Shown: positions 1-9,214 of the stretch, piece after piece
Position numbering within the stretch: position 1 is the first letter of the stretch
Layout of the letters: every line of letters begins with the position of its first letter
Origin: Betaproteobacteria bacterium
Lineage (GTDB): Bacteria; Pseudomonadota; Gammaproteobacteria; Burkholderiales; Eutrophovitaceae
DNA length: 49,930 nucleotides
Reading direction: 5' to 3'
NCBI GenBank assembly: GCA_020346185.1
Contig: CP070775.1
Coordinates: 3,092,809 to 3,142,738 of the forward strand
Position numbers and translations under genes: made by a program
Notes under the pieces: generated by a model
Database searches by the model: none
What the model was told of the DNA's origin: nothing
What the model saw: the letters and a program-made list of their open reading frames with translations, nothing else

Positions 1-219
1 CTTCGTCGAGGCTCTGCACGCCTCCAGGGGTCGCATCCCCGCAAGCGGGGCCCCTGCTCTTCCCTTCCGTCGTGCCCCCACAAGAAGACTCGCGACCTTT
101 CCCCGAATGAATACGCACCGCGTAGACTCTGTTACATCTTCTTCGTCGAGGCTCTGCACGCCTCCAGGGGTCGCATCCCCGCAAGCGGGGCCCCTGCTCT
201 TCCCTTCCGTCGTGCCCCC
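1..219. repeat. Two identical 79-bp structured direct repeats (1-79 and 141-219) separated by 61 bp; REP-like
   Basis: cttcgtcgag...cgtgccccc is identical at 1 and 141. It contains hairpins GAGGC-n7-GCCTC and CCCCGC-AA-GCGGGG, the latter enclosed by AGGGG/CCCCT. The first copy may extend beyond the window edge. Confidence 0.9.
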
Positions 220-281
220 TCACTCCTCACGCCTAACCCCTCACCGCTTTCTCGTCACTGGCCACTGGTCGCTGGCTCTCG
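218..281. repeat. Degenerate heptamer tandem repeats
   Basis: cctcact-cctcacg-cctaacc-cctcacc (218-245), then gtcactg-gccactg-gtcgctg-gctctcg (254-281). Confidence 0.7.
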
Positions 282-482
282 CGCCGCCAACATTTCGGCC
301 ACCTCGCTCAGTTCAAGGTCCGGCCTGCGCCGGCAAAGATCATCAACAGCGTCCCGGCCGTATTGCTCGTACAACTCGTTCAACTTGTTGTCCCTCTGCC
401 ACAGCTGCTGCGTTCCCAGCAACTCGTCGAGTTCGGCATGCAGCGGCGTGTGGTTGTCAAACTCACCTGTCCATTGGGTCAT
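255..482 (-). CDS. Small acidic hypothetical protein (75 aa), paralog of 12025-12216
   Basis: Strong RBS (caggaggtaacg-ATG) before ATG 482; ELY..Y...L....P.LE pattern and upstream promoter shared with the ORF at 12025. Confidence 0.75.
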   Translation of the reverse strand: MTQWTGEFDNHTPLHAELDELLGTQQLWQRDNKLNELYEQYGRDAVDDLCRRRPDLELSEVAEMLAAREPATSGQ

Positions 483-515
483 CGTTACCTCCTGTGAGGT
501 CATTTAGACAGGTGC

Positions 516-568
516 AGTATGAGAATCCAGCATGGACACGCTGTACCGAGTGCGCCGGTCATTTGACC
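516..568 (-). promoter_or_regulatory. Putative promoter/operator of the small-protein family (GGTCA-AA-TGACC palindrome, GGTACAGCG, CATACT -10-like box)
   Basis: Aligns with 11937-11990 with near-identical spacing to the start codon. Confidence 0.6.
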
Positions 569-722
569 CATGGCGTCAAACAAAGTCGCCCAGAGCGCAA
601 ATCGCCAGATAAAAGATGTGTAAACGGCGGGAGAACGGAAACCGGTGCTGACGCAGCCGGCGTTGAATCCAAGTCGTCTGACGGCCACGGCCCACGCCGT
701 GGCCGTCAGAACGCAGGCGATA

Positions 723-1586
723 TCAGGTGACGAACACCGGATCGCCCACGCGGATCGGGGCGCCGGTCGCTATCATTCCGTAGACGCCGACATTCTGGTC
801 GGCATCCCGAATGACGGTCCGAAGAATCGTTTTGTCAATCTTGAGCTGCGGCTGGGCGCGAGTCGTCGCACCGCATCGCGGTGTCGCCCCGGCACAATCG
901 ATCGTCGCATCTCCGATCTTGATCTGCTTTCCGACCCACTCCTGTTCGAGAAGCCCGTCAGCACCGGCGTCGGTCTCGATAAGAATGTTTGGTCGAAAGC
1001 GACGGCGATCCCAGTCGGCCTGTGAATTCTTGCTTTTCAAATACGCCAGTGTCGCAGTGGTGACAACGTGGATCGGTGTTACCAGGAAGAACGTCCCGGG
1101 AAAGGACACGTAGTCAACCAGCGGCGGCGGCAGCTGACTGAAATCGGGGAGCGGTTCTCCAGGCTCGCGATCGAAAGTGGCTTTGAGCTCCTCCAGCCAG
1201 GTATGGTCATCCAGCTTGTGGCGCTTGTAGAAGTCAACATCGGACTCAGGACGCAGCGCCTCCAGAGTCGATGGATGGCCAACCAGTGTCGACAACTTCT
1301 CATGGATCTCCGCACGTTCGCTGCCAAGTTCCAGCCCGTCAGGGAAGGTAACGTCCACATTGCTCACCGGATCTGTCGACGGCTCGCCTCGGACACGCGC
1401 GGAACACAGCAGCAACTCGGGACGAAACTTGCAGCTTTGAATTTCTTTTCTCGCGGTGTCGCGCAGCGCCCAGATACGGTCACCGCTCAATCCCTTCTCG
1501 GTCAGCGCACATGACTCAAGGGGTTCCCCGGCCATCCCTTTAACAGGGTAGCGCCAGATTTCCTTGATTGTCCCAACTTGCGACAT
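723..1586 (-). CDS. MOSC domain-containing protein (mARC/YcbX-like, N-terminal beta-barrel)
   Basis: IWRYPVKGM, GDRIWAL, RRFRPNILI, TPRC (Moco-ligating Cys), IRVGD motifs. Confidence 0.92.
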   Translation of the reverse strand: MSQVGTIKEIWRYPVKGMAGEPLESCALTEKGLSGDRIWALRDTARKEIQSCKFRPELLLCSARVRGEPSTDPVSNVDVTFPDGLELGSERAEIHEKLSTLVGHPSTLEALRPESDVDFYKRHKLDDHTWLEELKATFDREPGEPLPDFSQLPPPLVDYVSFPGTFFLVTPIHVVTTATLAYLKSKNSQADWDRRRFRPNILIETDAGADGLLEQEWVGKQIKIGDATIDCAGATPRCGATTRAQPQLKIDKTILRTVIRDADQNVGVYGMIATGAPIRVGDPVFVT

Positions 1587-1897
1587 TAGTTTTTCTCCTC
1601 CTTTTCGTTTGAACTGATGCCCCTCGTACGCCTATCAACAAGATGATGGGCCATCACGTGGTCGCCGCTTACTATGGAAATCCTTTGCCACCGGCACCAT
1701 GAAATGCGGACTTTGCGGTCCGCACCTTTCTCTGTCAAGGCAGCACAGCGAAGCACCTGTTCTGGTTGCGTGGGCCTCGCGGACTGCATGGTACACTGCC
1801 CCCCGCACACCCCGAGCGGTGCCTATGAAAGCGCTGCAACCACGCAACCACCGTTGCACACCAAACAATAACTGCCTGTCAGGGAAGAAGAAACAAA

Positions 1898-3214
1898 GTG
1901 GCTGCAATCATCAAGCAAGGCAAGAAGATTGACGACGCAGAGCCATCGACCGACGCGCCGATCGCAAGTACAGGGCGACGTCATTTCCTGAAAGCATCGT
2001 CGGCTGTTGCCGGCACTGCACTTTTAGGAGGAGTCGTCGGGTGTGGAGAAACGGCGGAAGCCGGACCGATTCATGTCGCCAGCATGTTCGACGTAACCGG
2101 TGGTCTGAGCATTTACGGCGAACCCGAAATGAACGTTTCCCGTATGGCGATCGAACATATCAACGAATCCGGCGGCGTGCTCGGCCGTCAGGTAAAGCTG
2201 CACGAGTACGACACGCAGTCGAAGATCGAGCTTTATTCACGTTACGCTCAGGAAATCAGCGCCAACGACGACATCTCGATTGTCGTGGGCTGCATTACCG
2301 GTGCATCGCGTGAGGCTGCCCGGCCGATTCTGACCAAGAACAACAAGCTGCTGTTCTTCCCGAGTGTTGACGAAGGCGGTGAATGCGACAAGTACTGCTT
2401 CATGCAAGGTGCTGATTGCCTTCAGATGGAAACGCCGCTGGTTGATTGGGCCATCAAGAACGCAGGCAACAAGTTCTATGTAGTCGCGGCCGACTACGTA
2501 TATGGCCACGTTGCAACGGCATGGACCAAGAAACTGGTGGCCGATGCCGGCGGATCCGTCGTCGGGGTGGAATTCATTCCGCTTGATGTGTCCGATTTCG
2601 GAGCGACGATTCGCCGCATCCAGACGGCACAGCCGACGGTCATCATGAGCAACCTGGTAGGCGGAAACCACATGGCGTTCTACCGCCAGTTCGCCGCTGC
2701 CGGCCTTAACCAGAAGATACGGATCGTCTCGCCGTCGTTCGGATTGGGCAACGAACAGCAGGTACTTGCGCCGGAAGAAACCAAGGGCATCGTTGTTGCG
2801 TACTCTTATTTTGAGACGCTCGACAATCCCGAGAACAAAGCCTTCGTCGCGGCTTATCGTGAAAAGCATCCCGATGCCGGACCGCTGATGGATCTCCCGG
2901 CACAGGTGTGGAATGGCTGGTATCAATGGAAGGCGGCTGTTGAGAAGGCCGGCTCAACGGAAATCGATACAGTCGTCGCCGCGATGGAATCCGGAATGCC
3001 GTTCAATGGCCCAAGCGGAAAAGTCGTGATGGATGCGACCTCACATCGCAACATTCAGGACATCAATCTCGCGAGAGTGAACAGCAAACGAGAGTTCGAG
3101 ATCCTCGACACCCAAAGTCAGGTACGCCCGGCGACAACAGTCCCTGGGTCCGAGTCGTGCGATTTGGTCGGCAAGGACAAGAACTCGCACCGGATGATTC
3201 TGCCGAACACCTGA
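1898..3214 (+). CDS. Urea/short-chain amide ABC transporter substrate-binding protein (UrtA/AmiC-like), Tat signal
   Basis: TGRRHFLK twin-arginine motif followed by a possible lipobox (VVGC); INESGGVLGRQV, SREAARP, ADYVYG motifs; start codon uncertain. Confidence 0.85.
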   Translation: MAAIIKQGKKIDDAEPSTDAPIASTGRRHFLKASSAVAGTALLGGVVGCGETAEAGPIHVASMFDVTGGLSIYGEPEMNVSRMAIEHINESGGVLGRQVKLHEYDTQSKIELYSRYAQEISANDDISIVVGCITGASREAARPILTKNNKLLFFPSVDEGGECDKYCFMQGADCLQMETPLVDWAIKNAGNKFYVVAADYVYGHVATAWTKKLVADAGGSVVGVEFIPLDVSDFGATIRRIQTAQPTVIMSNLVGGNHMAFYRQFAAAGLNQKIRIVSPSFGLGNEQQVLAPEETKGIVVAYSYFETLDNPENKAFVAAYREKHPDAGPLMDLPAQVWNGWYQWKAAVEKAGSTEIDTVVAAMESGMPFNGPSGKVVMDATSHRNIQDINLARVNSKREFEILDTQSQVRPATTVPGSESCDLVGKDKNSHRMILPNT

Positions 3215-3241
3215 CCAACACCGATTCGTCGGGAACTCGCC

Positions 3242-4108
3242 ATGGACGAGATCGTCGTCATCGGCCTATCGGTCCTGACGAGCGTTGCGATCCTGTTGTT
3301 GACGTCGCTCGGTCTTGCCGTGGTTTTCGGGCTGATGCGCATCGTCAACATGGCGCATGGCGAATTCCTGATGATCGGAGCCTTCACGACGACCGTCGCA
3401 GTCCGGTCACTCGAACTGCCGATATGGCTGGCAATTCTGTGTGCCCCGATCGTATGTGGATTCGTTGGTGCGCTGGTGGAACTTGCATTCATTCGACCGC
3501 TTTATGGCCGGCGCTTGGTCGACACACTCTTGGCAACGTTTGCTCTCAGCCTGATTCTTTATCAGGTCGCCATCAACATTTTTGGCACCGCGCCGCCCGG
3601 AATTGGCACCCCGTCTGGCTGGATTGAAATTGGCCGCTACACGGTTTCGTATTACTCGCTTTTTCTGCCGGTAGCGGCACTCGTCATTACTGCCTTGCTT
3701 TACGTGTTGTTCAAGTTCACCCGATACGGATTGCTTGCGCGCGCGGCCGCGCATAATCCTGATATGGCGAGCGTGCTCGGCGTCGAAGTGCGACGCGTCA
3801 ATCTCGTTACGTTCGCGTTGGGCTGCGCGCTGGCAGGGCTCGGCGGTGGACTGCTGTCGCCCATGGTGGCCGTCAGTCCCGGTGTCGGCCAGACCTACAT
3901 CGGCCAGGCATTCATGACCGTGATCACCGGTGGGCCGGCTTTCCTGCTCGGAACGCTGTCTGCCTCGGTACTGCTTGGCGGCATCTCGAACATTGTTTCG
4001 CAGTTGTTCACGACCCTCTGGGGTCTGACAGCATTGCTGGTCACAGCCATCGTGCTGGTGCGGCTTCTCCCGAACGGGATATCGGGAAGCTGGTCGCGGC
4101 AACTCTGA
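3242..4108 (+). CDS. Branched-chain/urea ABC transporter permease (UrtB/LivH-like)
   Basis: GLAVVFGLMRIVNMAHGEFLMIG and TRYGLLARA motifs. Confidence 0.92.
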   Translation: MDEIVVIGLSVLTSVAILLLTSLGLAVVFGLMRIVNMAHGEFLMIGAFTTTVAVRSLELPIWLAILCAPIVCGFVGALVELAFIRPLYGRRLVDTLLATFALSLILYQVAINIFGTAPPGIGTPSGWIEIGRYTVSYYSLFLPVAALVITALLYVLFKFTRYGLLARAAAHNPDMASVLGVEVRRVNLVTFALGCALAGLGGGLLSPMVAVSPGVGQTYIGQAFMTVITGGPAFLLGTLSASVLLGGISNIVSQLFTTLWGLTALLVTAIVLVRLLPNGISGSWSRQL

Positions 4109-4150
4109 AATGGCGCGACGCGTAATCCGCGCACCCCGCGTCCTGTGGCG

Positions 4151-5986
4151 ATGACTGCATCAACCTGGACGACGACGCTCGGTCGCTGGACGCGGGTTGC
4201 CGTGCGACGCGGCTTTCTTTGGCCGACCATCGCCGTAGTCGCCGTACTCTTGCTCTCACCGCTTCTGTCGACGTCAACCGAACTTAAGTGGACCTTATGG
4301 CTGGCCTTCGGCATTCTGGCTCTGAGTCTGACGCTTGTCTGGGGTATCTCCGGGATATTCAGTTTCGGACAGAATGCCTTCTTCGGCATTGGCGGTTACA
4401 CCTTTGCCGTGGCAGCGTTCAACATCTATCCGGCCACGGGTGAAACACTCTCTGCGTTGCTGATTGCTGCCTGCGTCGCAGCGTTGTTCACGGCCCTCCT
4501 CGGGTACGTCACCTTCTATGGCCGGGTCGGCGATGTTTACCTGGCTATTGTCACCCTCGCTGTCACGCTGATTCTCTACACCGTCATGTCGAGCACCGCC
4601 GGCCCTGAATATCGGATCGGCAAGGCATATCTTGGTGGTTTCAACGGCATGCCTTCTGTTCCGGGCATTGCGTTCGGCACAGGTGAGTTGGGTTACGGCG
4701 GGCTGTTTGCCTTTGCCGTGTGCCTCGCAGGCGCTCTGTATATCTTTGCGCGTTTCTTGCTGACCGGGCAGTACGGACAGATACTGGCCGGGATCAGGGA
4801 AAACGAGATGCGGATGGAATTGCTGGGCTACAACGTCAGATTCCACAAGCTGGGCATTTTTTTGGTAGGCGGAGCCATAGCCGGAATTGGAGGCGGTTTG
4901 TTTACCGCCTGGGGCACTTTCATCAATCCATCGGTCTTTAGCCTGCAGCAGGCCGCGCTGGTGGTGATCTGGGTCATGGTTGGCGGACGCGGTTCCTTGG
5001 TGGGAGCGTTTGTCGGCGTCGCAGTAGTACAGTGGATCTCGGATCAGGCAGACAAGATAGTCGCCCAACAAACGCCGCTGATCCTTGGAATCATGCTACT
5101 GGCGATGGTACTCGCTTTTCCGGGCGGCATCGTGCCAGCCATTACCCGGTGGCTTGATCGCACATGGAACAGCAGCAAGCGCAAACTGGACACAATCGAC
5201 GTAGCGCCCACTCCAACGCCGCGCACCGATACAAAACCGGAAAGCGAAAACGAGGGCACGCCGTTGCCGAGTGGACACATCATGGCGCACCATCTGGGAA
5301 AACGCTTCGGCGGATCGGTCGCCCTCGACGATGTCACGCTCGAATTCGGGCAACACAATATTCATGCGATCGTCGGACCCAACGGCGCCGGCAAGAGCAC
5401 ACTGTTCGGGCTGATTTCCGGCCAGCATAAGGTCACCAAGGGGGACGTCGAACTCAACGGCCTGGACGTGACTCGCATGCCGACCCACCAGCGCGCACGG
5501 CACGGACTCGGCATCAAGCTTCAGGTGCCGAGCATTTTCCTGGGACTGAGTGTGCAACAGAACATCGCGCTTGCCCTGAACGCGCCGCGCAAGTACAAAC
5601 GCACACGCCCGCCGGCAACAACAGTGTTCGCCATGATCGGATTGCTGGAGAAAAAGCACGAAGCTGCATCGAACCTTTCGCATGGCGAGCAGCAGTGGCT
5701 CGAGATCGGAATGCTCATTGCTCAAAACCCGTCGGTGATGCTATTCGACGAACCCGCCGCCGGGATGACGCAGGAAGAGCGCAAACGCACTGTCGAGCTG
5801 ATAAAGAAGTTGTCGATCCACCATACCGTAATCGTTGTCGAACATGATATGGCCTTTGTTCGCGCGCTCGGCGCGCCGGTGGTTATGCTCTATCGCGGCA
5901 ACGTCTTCCGCCATGGCAGCTTCGACGAGCTGAGTAACGACAACGACGTCAGAAACATCTACCTCGGTAGAAAACGCGGTGCTTAA
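4151..5986 (+). CDS. Fused ABC permease + ATP-binding protein (UrtC-UrtD / LivM-LivG-like)
   Basis: N-terminal SFGQNAFFGIGGY and IRENEMRMELLGY; C-terminal GPNGAGKST, LSHGEQQWLEIG, DEPAAG, VEHD. Confidence 0.92.
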   Translation: MTASTWTTTLGRWTRVAVRRGFLWPTIAVVAVLLLSPLLSTSTELKWTLWLAFGILALSLTLVWGISGIFSFGQNAFFGIGGYTFAVAAFNIYPATGETLSALLIAACVAALFTALLGYVTFYGRVGDVYLAIVTLAVTLILYTVMSSTAGPEYRIGKAYLGGFNGMPSVPGIAFGTGELGYGGLFAFAVCLAGALYIFARFLLTGQYGQILAGIRENEMRMELLGYNVRFHKLGIFLVGGAIAGIGGGLFTAWGTFINPSVFSLQQAALVVIWVMVGGRGSLVGAFVGVAVVQWISDQADKIVAQQTPLILGIMLLAMVLAFPGGIVPAITRWLDRTWNSSKRKLDTIDVAPTPTPRTDTKPESENEGTPLPSGHIMAHHLGKRFGGSVALDDVTLEFGQHNIHAIVGPNGAGKSTLFGLISGQHKVTKGDVELNGLDVTRMPTHQRARHGLGIKLQVPSIFLGLSVQQNIALALNAPRKYKRTRPPATTVFAMIGLLEKKHEAASNLSHGEQQWLEIGMLIAQNPSVMLFDEPAAGMTQEERKRTVELIKKLSIHHTVIVVEHDMAFVRALGAPVVMLYRGNVFRHGSFDELSNDNDVRNIYLGRKRGA

Positions 5987-6713
5987 CGTTACCGATCTGT
6001 TTGCCGGCTACGGGGAAAGCACGGTCATTACCGGTCTCGAGCTTGAGCTGGATACAGGTCAAATCGTTACGATTCTTGGTCGCAACGGCATTGGCAAAAC
6101 CACGCTGGTCAAAACGCTTGCCGGTATGATCAATGCTCAGCGCGGTCGAATAGCTTTTGAAGGCCAGGACATCACCAACGCCTCGCCGCCCCGCCGCGCG
6201 CGACTGGGCATAGGCTACGTACCGCAGGGCCGGGAGATCTTTGCCAAGCTGACCGTCCGGGAGAATCTATTGGTGGGCGTTCACGCGAGGCGTTTGCCGG
6301 TTTCCTTGGTCGACGAAACGCTCGAGTACTTTCCCACGCTGCGACCGAAACTCAAGGACCTGGGTGGCAGTTTGAGCGGCGGGCAACAACAGCTTCTTGC
6401 GTTGGCCCGCGCGCTGGCGGTCCAGCCGAAGCTGCTTTTGCTCGACGAGCCTTCAGAAGGCATTCAGCCTTCCTCGCTCGACGATATCTACCAGCTTCTG
6501 ATGCGCGCAAAGCAGCGCAGCGGATTGTCGATCCTGTTGGTAGAACAAAACCTCGATTTCGCAGGAGCGCTGGCCGATCGGGCGTTCGTCATGGACCACG
6601 GACGAATTGCGCGAGAGGTCGACCACACCAAGCTGCTGAGCAATGCCGACCTCGAACACGAGTATCTCGGCGCGGACGACGACGTTACGCTTTCCGATCC
6701 TTTTGGCCGGTGA
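5979..6713 (+). CDS. ABC transporter ATP-binding protein (UrtE/LivF-like)
   Basis: GRNGIGKTT, YVPQGREIF, LSGGQQQ, LDEPSEGIQPS; overlaps the upstream stop. Confidence 0.93.
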   Translation: MLNVTDLFAGYGESTVITGLELELDTGQIVTILGRNGIGKTTLVKTLAGMINAQRGRIAFEGQDITNASPPRRARLGIGYVPQGREIFAKLTVRENLLVGVHARRLPVSLVDETLEYFPTLRPKLKDLGGSLSGGQQQLLALARALAVQPKLLLLDEPSEGIQPSSLDDIYQLLMRAKQRSGLSILLVEQNLDFAGALADRAFVMDHGRIAREVDHTKLLSNADLEHEYLGADDDVTLSDPFGR

Positions 6714-6730
6714 ATCGGCAGCGACCTCCC

Positions 6731-7165
6731 TTAGTTGCCTACCGCTTCCTTACCCTCGCCACCGATACGCGTCGCAAAGTAACCGATCACCAAACCGACA
6801 ATAGCGCCCTCGAGCGTGAACCAGAACGGCGATGCAAGCACGCCATTTGCGCCAAAGAACGCGATCATCAGCTCTTCCATCACGTCGTAGGCAAAGAACG
6901 TCAGCACAAAATTCATCCACGCCCCCACCATTGGCGCGCGAAACCACCACGGCAGCGGCATCTTGAGTACCGGGTGGTAGGTAAACACCCCGAACACGCC
7001 GATGATCGCGCCCACGGTCGTATACCAAAGCAGGATTCCCCATGCCGTCAACCATCCCGTTTCGGGATATAACGCGACAATAAACACAAAACCGGCCAGC
7101 CCAAACGCCAGGCCGATCGCCTTGCCTACAGCCACGCGCACCATTAACGAAGGTTTCTCAGACAT
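6731..7165 (-). CDS. Small integral membrane hypothetical protein
   Basis: 144 aa with about 4 hydrophobic segments; RBS-like aagggg upstream. Confidence 0.75.
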   Translation of the reverse strand: MSEKPSLMVRVAVGKAIGLAFGLAGFVFIVALYPETGWLTAWGILLWYTTVGAIIGVFGVFTYHPVLKMPLPWWFRAPMVGAWMNFVLTFFAYDVMEELMIAFFGANGVLASPFWFTLEGAIVGLVIGYFATRIGGEGKEAVGN

Positions 7166-7278
7166 GCGACACCCCTTTCAGAAATCCAGCATTTCTCGGC
7201 AAACAAATACAACGCCTAAATCACAGCTCGCGACGATACGTCTGGCGCGCATCCTCGGCGCTACTGATCAAAGCACAG

Positions 7279-7734
7279 TCACTCTGGCCGTTTCGCGAGA
7301 ATGTGCACGATCGACATCGTCAGGACAGTCTCATCACGCTGATTCACCATGCGATAACCCATGCGCAAGATGCCGCGATCCGGCTTCGAGCCCGACGGGC
7401 GTATTTCCAGGACCTCGGCTTCGGTATAGATGGTATCGCCAGGCCTTACCGGCGCCGTCCAACGCAACTCGTCGACGCCTGGCGAGCCCATACTGCATGC
7501 CTTGAACAAACCTTCCTGCAGAAACATGCGCCAGCCGATCCCAAAGGTGTGCTGACCACTGGCGATCAGACCACCGTAGGCAGACTTCGCCGCCGCTTCT
7601 GCGTCAATGTGGAATGGTTGCGGATCATAGGCCAACGCGTAGTTGATGATGTCAGTCTCGGTCATGGTCGCCCCTCGCGAGCGGAATCGTTCGCCGACCT
7701 CGAAGTCATCAAAGTAACGGTCCATTGGCTTCAC
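7279..7734 (-). CDS. MaoC family dehydratase
   Basis: YFDDFEVG, YDPQPFHID, GGLIASG, LRWTAPVRPGD. Confidence 0.92.
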   Translation of the reverse strand: MKPMDRYFDDFEVGERFRSRGATMTETDIINYALAYDPQPFHIDAEAAAKSAYGGLIASGQHTFGIGWRMFLQEGLFKACSMGSPGVDELRWTAPVRPGDTIYTEAEVLEIRPSGSKPDRGILRMGYRMVNQRDETVLTMSIVHILAKRPE

Positions 7735-7793
7735 ACGTCCAGTTCCAATATGCGCGTGTGTATTTTACGCTCCTGCCGCGACCCGCTCAGACG

Positions 7794-8774
7794 CTAGGCG
7801 AATACGTTCTTGTTGACGACGTGATCCATGTTTGGCTTTCCGTCCAGCACATCAAGCATATTTTGCACGGTCGCCACAGCCATGCGATCGAAAGCCTCTA
7901 CCGTCAATCCTGCGATGTGAGGGGCCGTAACGACGTTCGGCAACTTGAACAAAGGATTGGCCGGCTGCGGCGGTTCCTGATCAAACACGTCCAGTCCCGC
8001 CCCCGCGATGGTGCCTTCGGTCAGTGCTGAGTGCAGCGCGGATTCGTCAATGATGCCGCCGCGCGCGGTGTTGATAAGGTATGCCGATGACTTCATGCAC
8101 GCGATGTGTGCGTCATCGAACATACCCTCGGTTTCACTGTTTCTGGGGCAATGGATCGTGACAAAGTCGGCGTGGCCAAGCGCCGCATCGAGTCCGTCGA
8201 CACGAGTACAACCTGTTGTAGTAATGTCAGCAGCGGCGACGTAAGGGTCGTAGACCAACACCGTCATGCCAAGTGCCAGGCACGTCAACGCAATCCGCGA
8301 TCCGATGCGGCCGAATCCCACAACTAACAGCGTCTTGCCGGAAAGATCGACCGGCATCTCGCTTAACCGCTCCGCCCAGCGATTCTCGCGCACCATCAAA
8401 TCAAACACTTTGCCGCGTTTGGCAAGTGCCAACATGAAGAACAACGCCTGCTCCGCTACCGAGGACGAGTTGGCGGTGCCCGATACCATTAGCGGTATCT
8501 TGTGCCTCGCCAGGGCCGCCACATCGACAGTGTCATAACCCACTCCGATGCGCGCGACAACGCGCAGGTTCGGGGCAGCTTGCAGCTCTGCATCGCCGAA
8601 CGGCGTCAGTCCGAGCGCCACGCCGTGGGCATCGCAAAGCAAGGCATGAAATTGCGCGGTCGGAATATTGCCCTCAAAGGCGATCGCTTCGACACCGGCG
8701 CGTGCGTTGGCTACGTCCCAACCGGCACCTGCCATAGTCGAAGGGAGCAAGAGTTTCATTTTCTTATTGCACAT
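7794..8774 (-). CDS. D-isomer-specific 2-hydroxyacid dehydrogenase (SerA-like)
   Basis: RIGVGYDTVD, GFGRIG, INTARG, AGLDVF, PHIAG. Confidence 0.92.
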   Translation of the reverse strand: MCNKKMKLLLPSTMAGAGWDVANARAGVEAIAFEGNIPTAQFHALLCDAHGVALGLTPFGDAELQAAPNLRVVARIGVGYDTVDVAALARHKIPLMVSGTANSSSVAEQALFFMLALAKRGKVFDLMVRENRWAERLSEMPVDLSGKTLLVVGFGRIGSRIALTCLALGMTVLVYDPYVAAADITTTGCTRVDGLDAALGHADFVTIHCPRNSETEGMFDDAHIACMKSSAYLINTARGGIIDESALHSALTEGTIAGAGLDVFDQEPPQPANPLFKLPNVVTAPHIAGLTVEAFDRMAVATVQNMLDVLDGKPNMDHVVNKNVFA

Positions 8775-9214
8775 GGTCGCATGATCCCCGAAGTTGAGTT
8801 TTCGCTTCTAACGCCACCGAGCAACACGACGTTCCATAACAATTCGCACTAACCCGACAAGTGCGCGCCGACCCTACCGCATTATTCTATGCAAGGTAGC
8901 AATAGGGATCCGCTTTTGCGGGGAATGCAGCCTCCTCCGGCGATTGATGATAACGAGTGGGCGTCGCGAGCTCGAAAGAAAGCTACCAGCCTAACGAACT
9001 TCCATGCCAGTAATTTCCAGCAGTTTTGCTTATCAGTCGGTCGAGTGACGGCGTGTCACGGATCCCAATCCGCAAGAGATATCGGGTTGACCTCGAATAC
9101 AGCCTGCGCGGCTACGACTCGCGCGGAGGACGACTGGACGTGCTGCTCCGATACAAAAAGGTGGCCACAGCAGCCGGCACTGTCATGTCATTGTGCACAG
9201 GTCGCTCGCTTAGG

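Noticed and set aside
1-219. CRISPR array
   Set aside because: The repeat (79 bp) and spacer (61 bp) are too long, there are only two units, and there are no cas genes in the window
1670-1870. Sigma54/NtrC sites in the MOSC-urt intergenic region
   Set aside because: Candidates have the wrong spacing (GG-N11-GC) or mismatches at conserved positions
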